A stretch of DNA of 64,000 nucleotides. Origin: Verrucomicrobiota bacterium (lineage in GTDB: Bacteria > Verrucomicrobiota > Verrucomicrobiia > Limisphaerales > AAA164-E04). The stretch spans positions 3,008,001-3,072,000 of the forward strand of contig CP170459.1 of assembly GCA_047947115.1 (NCBI GenBank), written 5' to 3'. The position numbers were made by a program, and so were the translations under genes. Of the stretch, positions 38,262-49,546 are shown in pieces; position 1 is the stretch's first letter, and each line of letters begins with the position of its first letter. The notes beneath the pieces are model-generated. The model searched no databases and was not told the origin of the DNA. It worked only from the letters and a program-made list of their open reading frames with translations.

Positions 38262-39707
38262 ATGACCTATCTAACCCGACAAGTTTTTGACTATCCGATT
38301 GACTGGGCTGTGATTCCGGTTAGCCGGATCGATTATGATCTGCGCGAGATCGATCTTGGGTTCGGGGCTGAAGCCTACTGGAGCGATCAAGTCCATGTCG
38401 TTCGAGGCTGGCGTTTTTCGTTCCATTTGGATGACGCAGACTCTATCGCCCAGTTTGATGATTGGATCGAGGCGCTGAACGGACGCTTGGTCGGGTTTTG
38501 GCTCCCGACACCTGAAGCAGCGTTTGAGATCGTTGCCGGGGTTGATGCCAGTTCCTTCAAGATCCGGAGCCAAGGGCTGACGGAGACGTGGACCGAGCAA
38601 CCTGAACTCCATGTATGTTTCCAGAAGGAGGGGGAGACCATTCAATGCGGGAAGGTGATCGGTGTTGCCGACAATGGGGACGGAACCGAGACCGTTACCT
38701 TGGAATCCGCTCTTGCCGTTCCTGTCGATGCGACCTGGCAAGCCAAGGTCCTGGCTTATGTCCGCTTGGCCGATGACGTGGAGCGAGGACAGTTTGATGC
38801 CGAGGGGAGAATGACCCGCCAGTTGAGCGTGGTGGAACTCCCCCTCGAATACGCTTCTTTTGAAACCGGAACCAAACCCGTTTACCTTTACCATTTCTAC
38901 ACCTTGGATGGAGGTTCGCAGACCGATTGGCGTTACACATCCTTTGGCTGGGACATTGCTAATGCGGAGACGACGTGGACATCCAAGCGAATTACCCACA
39001 AACAACTTCATCAAAGCACGCGGGGGGATCGTCAGGAGCTGGAGATCGAGGCTGAGTTTGAGCCCGAGAATCCGCTCTATCAGCTTTGCCCATGCGCCAT
39101 GGCCATGGCCTTGTATGTCGAGGTTGTGAAGGCCGATTACAGCGATTTGGGCAACCAGACGGTGCTCTTTCAAGGTCGGGTGTTGTCGGTCGATGTCAAA
39201 GGCAGAATCGCCACGGCCAAGTGCGCTTCGTTCTTGGATGCGTTTGGGGCAGCCGTTCCTCACTTTTTCCTTCAGCCAAGGTGCAACTTCAGAGTGTTTG
39301 AACCGAACACGTGCCGGATTGCTCAATCGGCCTTTGAACATGCGGGGAGCGTTGTCAGTGTCGATGGAACATCGGTCGTTGTCTCTGGTCAAACGATTGG
39401 GGGATTGCCTGCCAACTGGTTTGCTGAGGGGCTGTTTCAGTCGGGCACAGGACCTGAGTTTGAGCAACGCACCATCCTGGCCAGCACTGCTGAATCTGGA
39501 GGATCGATTACGCTCACGCTCAACCATCGGCTTTTCTACACGAGCCAAGGGGCGGATTGTGTGGTTGTCCCTGGATGCGATGGCAGGCCTGAAACCTGCT
39601 CTGGGAAGTTTGCCAACTTCGTCAACTTTGGGGGCCATCGTTATGCCTTGAAAAACCTCACGCTGAAGGCCCTTGAAATCCCTCAAACCGATACCGCCAA
39701 GAAATGA
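38262..39707 (+). CDS. DUF2163 / BR0599-family tail hub protein
   Basis: WRYTS, QPRCNF.VF...C and VVPGCDG..ETC..KFANFVNFGG motifs. Confidence 0.85.
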   Translation: MTYLTRQVFDYPIDWAVIPVSRIDYDLREIDLGFGAEAYWSDQVHVVRGWRFSFHLDDADSIAQFDDWIEALNGRLVGFWLPTPEAAFEIVAGVDASSFKIRSQGLTETWTEQPELHVCFQKEGETIQCGKVIGVADNGDGTETVTLESALAVPVDATWQAKVLAYVRLADDVERGQFDAEGRMTRQLSVVELPLEYASFETGTKPVYLYHFYTLDGGSQTDWRYTSFGWDIANAETTWTSKRITHKQLHQSTRGDRQELEIEAEFEPENPLYQLCPCAMAMALYVEVVKADYSDLGNQTVLFQGRVLSVDVKGRIATAKCASFLDAFGAAVPHFFLQPRCNFRVFEPNTCRIAQSAFEHAGSVVSVDGTSVVVSGQTIGGLPANWFAEGLFQSGTGPEFEQRTILASTAESGGSITLTLNHRLFYTSQGADCVVVPGCDGRPETCSGKFANFVNFGGHRYALKNLTLKALEIPQTDTAKK

Positions 39708-40159
39708 TCCGACCCTTTGTGCAATCTGAATCCGGCCGCCAACGCCTCCTCGCCGTTATGGAATCCTGGCTCGGGACGCCATTCCATGCTCATGCCGGTA
39801 TTAAGTCGGTCGGAGTGGACTGCGTTCATCTGGCTACGGAGATTTACCGGGAAGCTGGGTTGCTCAGGCAGTGTCAGTTTCCAGCCTACACCATCGATGC
39901 AGGACAGCATCTCCAGGATAGCATGCTTTTGGAATGGCTTGATCAGTCGCCTCATTTTGAACGAATCGAGGAAGGCGGAGAAGTCGGCGATCTGTTCTGC
40001 TTTCGCTTCGGACGCTCTGCCCATCACCTGGGCATCTGCGCCGGTGGGGGCAAGTTTGTTCACGCACTGCTTCGACGCTCTGTCCGTTTAGCCTCGCTCG
40101 ATGACCCAACCTACGGCCGCCGCCTGGTTGCCACCTATCGCCCTGTCATTGATACCTGA
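39704..40159 (+). CDS. Phage NlpC/P60 peptidase
   Basis: SWLGTPF, GVDC, GDL..F and HLGI....FVHA motifs. Confidence 0.88.
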   Translation: MIRPFVQSESGRQRLLAVMESWLGTPFHAHAGIKSVGVDCVHLATEIYREAGLLRQCQFPAYTIDAGQHLQDSMLLEWLDQSPHFERIEEGGEVGDLFCFRFGRSAHHLGICAGGGKFVHALLRRSVRLASLDDPTYGRRLVATYRPVIDT

Positions 40160-40160
40160 T

Positions 40161-42470
40161 ATGTCCTTCGGAGCCTCAGCCGATAATCTGCCCACCGAAA
40201 AGCCCAAACCCCTGGGAGTCGACGCCACTCGTCTGGATACACACGAACAGGGGCGTGTGCTGCCATACGTGGCCGGTGTGTTCCGCATCGGGGGCACGTT
40301 CCTGTGCGAACCGTGGAATGTGCGCTCCGAGGAAATCCGTCAGAAGGTGGGCAAGAAAAAGCAAACCGTTGGCTACAACTATTTCTGCTCCTTTGCCGTT
40401 GCCTTCTGTCTTGGGCCGATTGATCGATTGGATGCCATTTATTTGGATGACGATGAAATCTGGTCTGGCGGTGTCGTGCGGGGCGTTGAGGATTACCTGG
40501 ACATCACGATCTCAAGCCGGGGGACGCTGCGGCTATACTGGGGAACGGATACGCAAACCCAAGACGGCGACCTGGCTACCAGTGGAACCACGCACCCAGC
40601 CTACCGAGGGCAGTGCTATGCCGTGTTCCTGGATTGGTCGATTGGAAGCCGCACCAACATCCCTAATATCGAAATCCAGGGGAAACGCATCCCGACATTC
40701 CCTTGGATCGTGGTGGATGAAGCCATCGGCGATGACGTCAACCCCGTGGCGGTGTTGGCCGATCTTTGGCAATCGCCATTCTTCGGGCTCGGGCTTTCGG
40801 CTGATCGATTGAATCAACCCTTGCTCAATGCGACAGCCACGACGCTGGAAGCCGAAGGCCTGGGGCTTTCGCCCATCATCAACTCTGCTGGATCGTTCCT
40901 TCAGGCCTTAGCTGTGCTTCTCGATCACATCGATGGGTATGTCAGCTATGATGCCCAAGGCCGGTTTGGGATCGGTTTGGTGCGAGGTCCTGCCGGAGGA
41001 GAACCGACTTTGAGTGAAGCCGATTTGACTGATTTGCCGGATATTGAATCCGTTTCGTGGTGGGAGACCTATAACGAGGTGTTTGTCCGCTTCCGTAACC
41101 GGGACCGGAAGTTTGCTGATGAATCGGTGTCATGGCGGGACCGAGGGAATTTTGCTGTGGTCGGATCCACTCGCAGCTTGTCCGTTTCCCGGCCTTGGGT
41201 GACAAAGCAGAAGGTTGCTTGGTTGATCGCTGCCGGTCTATGTCGTCAGAAAGCCTTGCCGTTCCTGCGTGGGACGATCCGCGTGAAACGGAGTTCGGCC
41301 GATGGGTTGGACGCTGCCAGCTTGTTCAATCTGAGCTATGCCAACTCGAACGTGAACAGCGTTCTCTGTCGGGTTCAGGAAAAGACACAGGCCGCCCCTG
41401 AAGCTGCTGACGTCCTTATCTCCTGGCAGGAGGATCGAGGATACCTGAACGCCAACCTGGCCGATGTGGCCGAGGATGTGGTGCCTGTTGAGACGACTTA
41501 TGAAACAGAAGCACCTCACGACCAACGTGTGATCGAGCTGCCCTATGCCTATAAGCAGAGCCTAGATCCTTGGATGTTGTTCCTGGTGGCCCGAGGTGAT
41601 GCGCTATCTAATGGTTTTAACGGCTACCGAGAGACCTCGCCATCGAGCTTCGAGCAGGTTGGTTCGTCAGGCGTGTTTGCACTGCGAGGAACCTTGCAGG
41701 CTGAATTTGATGAGTCGGTATTGCGGGAGGACGACAACGCCGAACTGGATGTGCTCTTTGATAGTCCGGACAAGGCACTGGAATCAGTGGCTCACGAAAC
41801 GGCCTTGACCAGTGCGCCGCTACGGATGTTTGTCGGGGACGAAATCATGGTTGGCTACACCGTGACCTTGGTGGCTACGGGACGTTATCGGATCAAAGTC
41901 CTGCGAGCCCGTTACGGAACCAGGCGACGGACGCACGTATCCGGGGCTGAGGTGTTTGCTTTGGTGATCGGCCAGAACGCTCCCTTTGAATATCAACTTC
42001 CCTGGAATCCAGGGATGACATCGGCCAAGTACAAGATTCAGCCCTATCTGATGCACAATGAGCTGGATTTGGGAAGTTGTCCCGAGGTGACGGAGGACGT
42101 CCAGCGTCGGGCTTACTGCCCACCTCCACCTCTGAATCTGCGTGTCAATGGGGATGGCTACGCCCCGACTTACACGACAGGGGAGGATGTTACGGTGAAT
42201 TGGGATGCTGTCAGTGGATTGAGGGCTGTCACTCCGGCGACTCAGGACCTGGCTCCTGATCCGGATCGGATCGTCATCGCTGTCCATGACAGTTCCGGTA
42301 TCTACAAGGGGGAGGTGTCGACAGCTTCCGCCACGGGGCCGTTGATAATTTTAAACGCCGACCTTGTAGCCATCCTTGGTGCGGAAACCGATTTCATCCT
42401 CCGTGGCTTCTCCGAACGCGGAGGATTTCGAAGTCTCGATTACGATCAAATCTCAGTAAAGAAAGAATAG
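40161..42470 (+). CDS. Phage tail tip / host-specificity protein
   Basis: LYWGTDTQ..D, PAYRGQCYAVF, IPNIE and LRARYGT....H..G motifs. Confidence 0.8.
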   Translation: MSFGASADNLPTEKPKPLGVDATRLDTHEQGRVLPYVAGVFRIGGTFLCEPWNVRSEEIRQKVGKKKQTVGYNYFCSFAVAFCLGPIDRLDAIYLDDDEIWSGGVVRGVEDYLDITISSRGTLRLYWGTDTQTQDGDLATSGTTHPAYRGQCYAVFLDWSIGSRTNIPNIEIQGKRIPTFPWIVVDEAIGDDVNPVAVLADLWQSPFFGLGLSADRLNQPLLNATATTLEAEGLGLSPIINSAGSFLQALAVLLDHIDGYVSYDAQGRFGIGLVRGPAGGEPTLSEADLTDLPDIESVSWWETYNEVFVRFRNRDRKFADESVSWRDRGNFAVVGSTRSLSVSRPWVTKQKVAWLIAAGLCRQKALPFLRGTIRVKRSSADGLDAASLFNLSYANSNVNSVLCRVQEKTQAAPEAADVLISWQEDRGYLNANLADVAEDVVPVETTYETEAPHDQRVIELPYAYKQSLDPWMLFLVARGDALSNGFNGYRETSPSSFEQVGSSGVFALRGTLQAEFDESVLREDDNAELDVLFDSPDKALESVAHETALTSAPLRMFVGDEIMVGYTVTLVATGRYRIKVLRARYGTRRRTHVSGAEVFALVIGQNAPFEYQLPWNPGMTSAKYKIQPYLMHNELDLGSCPEVTEDVQRRAYCPPPPLNLRVNGDGYAPTYTTGEDVTVNWDAVSGLRAVTPATQDLAPDPDRIVIAVHDSSGIYKGEVSTASATGPLIILNADLVAILGAETDFILRGFSERGGFRSLDYDQISVKKE

Positions 42471-42475
42471 ACCAC

Positions 42476-43021
42476 ATGGCAACCATACCTCCACACACAC
42501 GACTTAAAGACGTTGAAAACGCCGCCAACTTCATGGCCCTGGTTCAGGACAATTTCGAGGTTCTGGCCGCAGAAGCAGCCAAACGAGAACCGACTTACCA
42601 GAACGGGATGCCGACCACGGTCATTGGTCCGCCAACGACGGGAGATCACGTCACCGACGAGTTCTGGCGTGATGCCCTGGATGGGGAATGGGTTTGCTCC
42701 GTTGCCGGGACTCCTGGGACGTGGAAACAAATCCGGCCAGCAGCGGTGACTGTTGATCCGTCAACAGGGACGATCCCGACGGGGTATTTGATTTGGAACG
42801 TCACCGACGGGGCGTTGAAGCGACATGCCGGCAGCTATTCGTGGGAGATTGGAATCGGGGCGGATACCACTGCCAAGGTGGGGTTTCATGGCGCCACGCC
42901 AACCGGGCAGAGGGCTGGAGCGGATCAAGTCTCTGCAACGGACCTCACAAGCGTCATCACCTTGGCCAATGAACTCCGTGCCGCTCTCGTGGAAAAGGGG
43001 TTGATTAAGGGGGGAGTTTGA
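42476..43021 (+). CDS. Putative tail fibre / receptor-binding protein
   Basis: Last tail gene; KVGFHGATP and LANELRAALVEKGLI motifs. Confidence 0.55.
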   Translation: MATIPPHTRLKDVENAANFMALVQDNFEVLAAEAAKREPTYQNGMPTTVIGPPTTGDHVTDEFWRDALDGEWVCSVAGTPGTWKQIRPAAVTVDPSTGTIPTGYLIWNVTDGALKRHAGSYSWEIGIGADTTAKVGFHGATPTGQRAGADQVSATDLTSVITLANELRAALVEKGLIKGGV

Positions 43022-43106
43022 TTGGGGCGGTATCGTTAAACTACACGTCTCCAAATCTTAAGTCACCAACAGCCCCCTACGGGAAAATGGTCCCTTGTAA
43101 AGCTAG

Positions 43107-43607
43107 CTATTTTATCCAATCACTATAAGCGGCTTGTCCCCTGACACTGCTTGCAATAGGTGGCAGGTAGTTTTTCATGGATGATTGGTCGATGCGCACT
43201 TTTATGTCAAATGCAGTATCCTCTTCGTAAAAAAATGCCTTCAAACGCCAACGTGTTCCAATTAGAGGTTTAGGGATCGAGACATTACCGGTCGAACCTG
43301 GACTGACTCTTAAATCCCCAACAGGCGCCAAAGAAATGTTAGTGACAGTGCCATCTTGGAATTCCATAAACCAGCTATCCGGGCACATTATCGGCGAAGT
43401 CCCATTGTTAACAAAATCAAAATTGAGATGGGAATTTGTCGGAGGTTGGTTTTTGCTTTTCTTCAGCATAACTGCTTGCACTGAAGAGGAATTTGCAGTG
43501 GAGATCAGATAAGCTAAAAGGTAAAATATTAATAATATGAGAGTAAGGAAAACCACCACTTTGGCTATTCTCTTATTACTGAAACCTAGCTTATTCAAAG
43601 TTTCCAT
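43107..43607 (-). CDS. Membrane-anchored hypothetical protein (moron)
   Basis: N-terminal TM; AT-rich; antisense to the tail genes. Confidence 0.6.
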   Translation of the reverse strand: METLNKLGFSNKRIAKVVVFLTLILLIFYLLAYLISTANSSSVQAVMLKKSKNQPPTNSHLNFDFVNNGTSPIMCPDSWFMEFQDGTVTNISLAPVGDLRVSPGSTGNVSIPKPLIGTRWRLKAFFYEEDTAFDIKVRIDQSSMKNYLPPIASSVRGQAAYSDWIK

Positions 43608-43754
43608 AATTCATGAGTAGGGGAAACACCAATATTCGTCAAGTCAGACAAAGACCAACGAGAGCTTCGGGCGGCGCTGGTGGGCGTTCAGTCTTGAACT
43701 TCATTTGATGGCTCAACTGCGCAAAGCATCAATGCATCATTCTTTGTTAGGTTT

Positions 43755-44210
43755 TCAATTTTTGGGTGGCTGGTAGTTAGAAAGAAATCCATGAAGTAAC
43801 CGGTTCAACTCAATGCTACAGTCGCTGAACTTGTCGGCAGCATCTTCGAGGTCCTTCACCTCGAAAATCGATTTGGAACTGAGACGGGATTTCCCGTCGT
43901 CGTTATTACAAGGCTTCCCATGGAGAATACTGTTCCGCAGTGGTACGAGCTTGGTGAAGGTGTCGGCTGCTGCTTGTAATTCGTCTCGCTCCTCTGATTT
44001 GGGCATGTTCCGAACGAGTTCGTTCAGCTTCTTGGCAATTCGCCCTGCGGTGAGCTCATCTTTCAAGAATCTCTGGAGAGATCCAGGTTTGATTCGTTGA
44101 GCACAATAGACTACGTTCCATTCGCAAATAGCGAAACAAAACATCGCGACCCCCAGCGCATGGGAGTAGTCATTATCGATTGGCTGCCGAAGGCGTGATT
44201 CTTTCATCAT
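43755..44210 (-). CDS. Hypothetical helical protein with HEPN-like RxxxxH
   Basis: RNSILH motif in a 151-aa helical protein at the prophage end. Confidence 0.5.
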   Translation of the reverse strand: MMKESRLRQPIDNDYSHALGVAMFCFAICEWNVVYCAQRIKPGSLQRFLKDELTAGRIAKKLNELVRNMPKSEERDELQAAADTFTKLVPLRNSILHGKPCNNDDGKSRLSSKSIFEVKDLEDAADKFSDCSIELNRLLHGFLSNYQPPKN

Positions 44211-44436
44211 TCCTGTCTATCGTTTCTACCTAAAGGATATGACGATCAGTTGTCAATTCCTTGAATAACGGAGCTCTCCAGCCCCCTCCAAACCCCCAAA
44301 TATTTGGCAATTATTTGGTTTCCGGCCATACCGCACCAGAGTAGACCACGGTGAACCCAAATTTGGACTGAAAACGCAATGCGGTGCGAAAGTTTCTGAG
44401 AGTCAGGTGGTTTTTGAGCCAAAAAGGGCTGAAAAT

Positions 44437-44523
<87 letters not shown>

Positions 44524-44606
44524 AACCGAGTGAGTGGCAAATATGTTACGTTCGCCGAGTTGTTTGCAAGCGAATTCTTGCGACAACTTAAAAATCTTTT
44601 TTATTA

Positions 44607-44682
44607 GACAGGGATTCGAACCTGTGATCCCGCGACTGCGGGATTATGAGCCTGCCGAGCTACCGGGCTGCTCTACCCCGCT
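44607..44682 (-). pseudogene. tRNA-fMet-derived copy lacking the 3' acceptor strand, with a hairpin substitution
   Basis: AGCGGGGTAGAGCAGCCCGGTAGCTCGGCAGGCTCATAA-TCCCGCAGTCGCGGGA-TCACAGGTTCGAATCCCTGTC. The upstream promoter-like sequence is also duplicated. Confidence 0.85.
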
Positions 44683-44766
44683 AATCGAGTGAGGTGGCGA
44701 ATATGCAGGTTTCCTTACGTGGACTGCAAGGGAATTCTCAAATTAATTACAAAAAAGTTTTGATTC

Positions 44767-45012
44767 CTATGCTGTTTCCTTTTTAGCAGCCATTTCTTTG
44801 ATGCCCAGGGCCAGAATGATGATTCCCAGGACGGCGATGACGCCGAGGAGGCCAAAGTATTGGCTTTTGGAGATTTCCTTGCCGAAGAGGATCAGGGTTT
44901 GGCTTTGTTGAAAGGTTTCGCCTGCTTCGCCTGACATTTTGCTGGTGTGGTAAATAAATGGCGTCAGCATCAAACCTGCGCCCACGATGATCCGGATGAT
45001 TGCACTGCTCAT
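44767..45012 (-). CDS. Small two-TM hypothetical protein
   Basis: Two hydrophobic helices; 81 aa. Confidence 0.5.
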   Translation of the reverse strand: MSSAIIRIIVGAGLMLTPFIYHTSKMSGEAGETFQQSQTLILFGKEISKSQYFGLLGVIAVLGIIILALGIKEMAAKKETA

Positions 45013-45163
45013 GATGGCTGTATTGGATGGGTTCGAAGGGGTTTTGTCAATATGGGGGTGGTTCTATTTGTTTTCTCGTTCGGAAATTTCTTTTTGTCGA
45101 TATAGTCAGGCGACGGCAACCATTGACGTTAATCAACAGGCTGTGCATACTTGGCAAAGATTG

Positions 45164-45397
45164 ATGATTCATCCAGAAGACATGATCGAACCGGAATGGC
45201 TGGAGTGGTATCAGATGACACCACTTCAACGTTTGGAGGCATCGGAACGACTCCGACAAGATTACCTCGCCATGGGAGGCAGCCTCGAACCTGACCCTGA
45301 CCCTCAGAGCCCGTTCTGGAGCAGGGAAGAAATCGAGGCCTTTGCCAAAGTCCACGCCAAAGCCCGCGAACGCGCTTTCAAATTAAATAAGCCATGA
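45164..45397 (+). CDS. Small partner protein of a nucleotidyltransferase
   Basis: EWLEWYQMTPLQRL motif; ATGA-coupled to the next gene. Confidence 0.6.
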   Translation: MIHPEDMIEPEWLEWYQMTPLQRLEASERLRQDYLAMGGSLEPDPDPQSPFWSREEIEAFAKVHAKARERAFKLNKP

Positions 45398-46149
45398 CTC
45401 GTTCCGGACTTCAAACAGTTCTGAGTGTCATGAGACGGCATGACGTGAAATGTTTGCTGATGGGAGGGCAGGCATGTGTGCTTTATGGGGCTTCAGAGTT
45501 TACCAAAGATGTAGATTTTGCAGTCCTCGCTGAACCTGACAATCTCAAACGAATTGGTCTTGCCATGGAAGAATTGCAGGCAATCGTTATTGCAGTGCCT
45601 CCGTTTTCTGATGAATGCCTGGATCAGGGGCTGTCTGTTCACTTTCGGTGTCAGGCGGTGGATGTAGAAGGTTTAAGAGTGGATATTATGTCCCGTATGA
45701 GGGGAGTGGATTCGTTTCAGACTTTATGGAATCGACGTAGTATCATTCTCGATACCCATGGAAATGAAATATCCGTCTTAAATGTCCGGGATTTAGTAAA
45801 AGCAAAAAAAACGCAGCGAGATAAAGACTGGCCCATGATCCAACGTCTGATGGAAGTGCAATACTTGAACGGCATTGAGGACTGTGCTCGTCAGGATATT
45901 GACTTTTGGCTTCAAGAGCTTCGAACCCCTGAATTGTTGATTGAAGCTGTTCAAAAGTTCTCAAAGGAGGCTGATGTGCTTTCACCTACGCGTCCTTTAC
46001 TCAAAATCGCAATGAACGGGGATGTTGAGAAATTGGATCGTGCGTTGATGGAAGAAGTAGCCCGTGAGAAGGAGAAGGATCGTCAACACTGGGCGCCCCT
46101 TCGTGAGCGATTGGCTCAGTATCGGCGTGAGGCGAGAGGAGACCATTGA
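45394..46149 (+). CDS. Pol-beta-fold nucleotidyltransferase family protein
   Basis: LLMGGQACVLYG...TKDVD and LVKAKKTQRDKD motifs. Confidence 0.75.
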   Translation: MTRSGLQTVLSVMRRHDVKCLLMGGQACVLYGASEFTKDVDFAVLAEPDNLKRIGLAMEELQAIVIAVPPFSDECLDQGLSVHFRCQAVDVEGLRVDIMSRMRGVDSFQTLWNRRSIILDTHGNEISVLNVRDLVKAKKTQRDKDWPMIQRLMEVQYLNGIEDCARQDIDFWLQELRTPELLIEAVQKFSKEADVLSPTRPLLKIAMNGDVEKLDRALMEEVAREKEKDRQHWAPLRERLAQYRREARGDH

Positions 46150-46364
46150 TAACACCTAAGAAACAGGATTGTTTTGCGTTTGAATACAGGTTGTTGCACA
46201 ACTTGCTGAAATAATTTGAGTCAAGGTGGTATCATGTTCATGGACCTGCGGCCGCAGGTCCCTGCCACAGGGTGGCTAATCCGGTTGAATGCGCTTTGGG
46301 ACCAATATTCTTCGATTTTTCTATGATTGGCTTCCAGTTTTTCATACTAAATGGGCTGCAATAA

Positions 46365-49106
<2,742 letters not shown>

Positions 49107-49204
49107 GCAGGAGTTTTTTTTTGACGGGATTAACAGGATGGACTGGATGATATCCTTTTGATAAGTGTCAATAGTCAGTTTACGTTCTGACTCGTTTAAG
49201 AAGG

Positions 49205-49498
49205 ATGAAAATGATTATGCACAATCCAGCCCATCCAGGTGAATTGGTTAAGCATGACTGTTTGGATGCCCTGGGGCTGAGTGTCACAGAAGGCGCGAAA
49301 GTTCTTGGAGTGACACGACAGGCGTTGAGCAATTTGGTTAACAAACACGCCGGTTTGTCACCGGAAATAGCCATCCGATTGGAGAAGACCTTTGGAAGTT
49401 CAGCTCAGGCATGGTTGAAAATGCAAATGCAATATGAACTTTGGGTGGCTCAACAGAAAGCTTCCGAGATCAAGGTCGAGCGTTACCAAATAGTCTGA
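49205..49498 (+). CDS. higA: HigA family antitoxin
   Basis: HNPAHPGE...[22 protein letters not shown]...AIRLEK.FG...WL.MQ. Confidence 0.88.
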   Translation: MKMIMHNPAHPGELVKHDCLDALGLSVTEGAKVLGVTRQALSNLVNKHAGLSPEIAIRLEKTFGSSAQAWLKMQMQYELWVAQQKASEIKVERYQIV

Positions 49499-49546
49499 AT
49501 CTTATATCAACCTTGTCTTGGGAGGGCGTTTGGATAATATCCGCGG

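Noticed and set aside
38271..39686. 471-aa minus-strand ORF
   Set aside because: Antisense shadow of the BR0599-family tail gene.
36540..43021. Diversity-generating retroelement or tail-fibre invertase
   Set aside because: No reverse transcriptase, template/variable repeat pair or invertase seen.
43653..43752. Possible integron attC after the 43755-44210 gene (ACCTAAC...GTTGGTC on the minus strand)
   Set aside because: R' is imperfect, I could not find complementary L boxes, and the integrase shows no clear IntI features.
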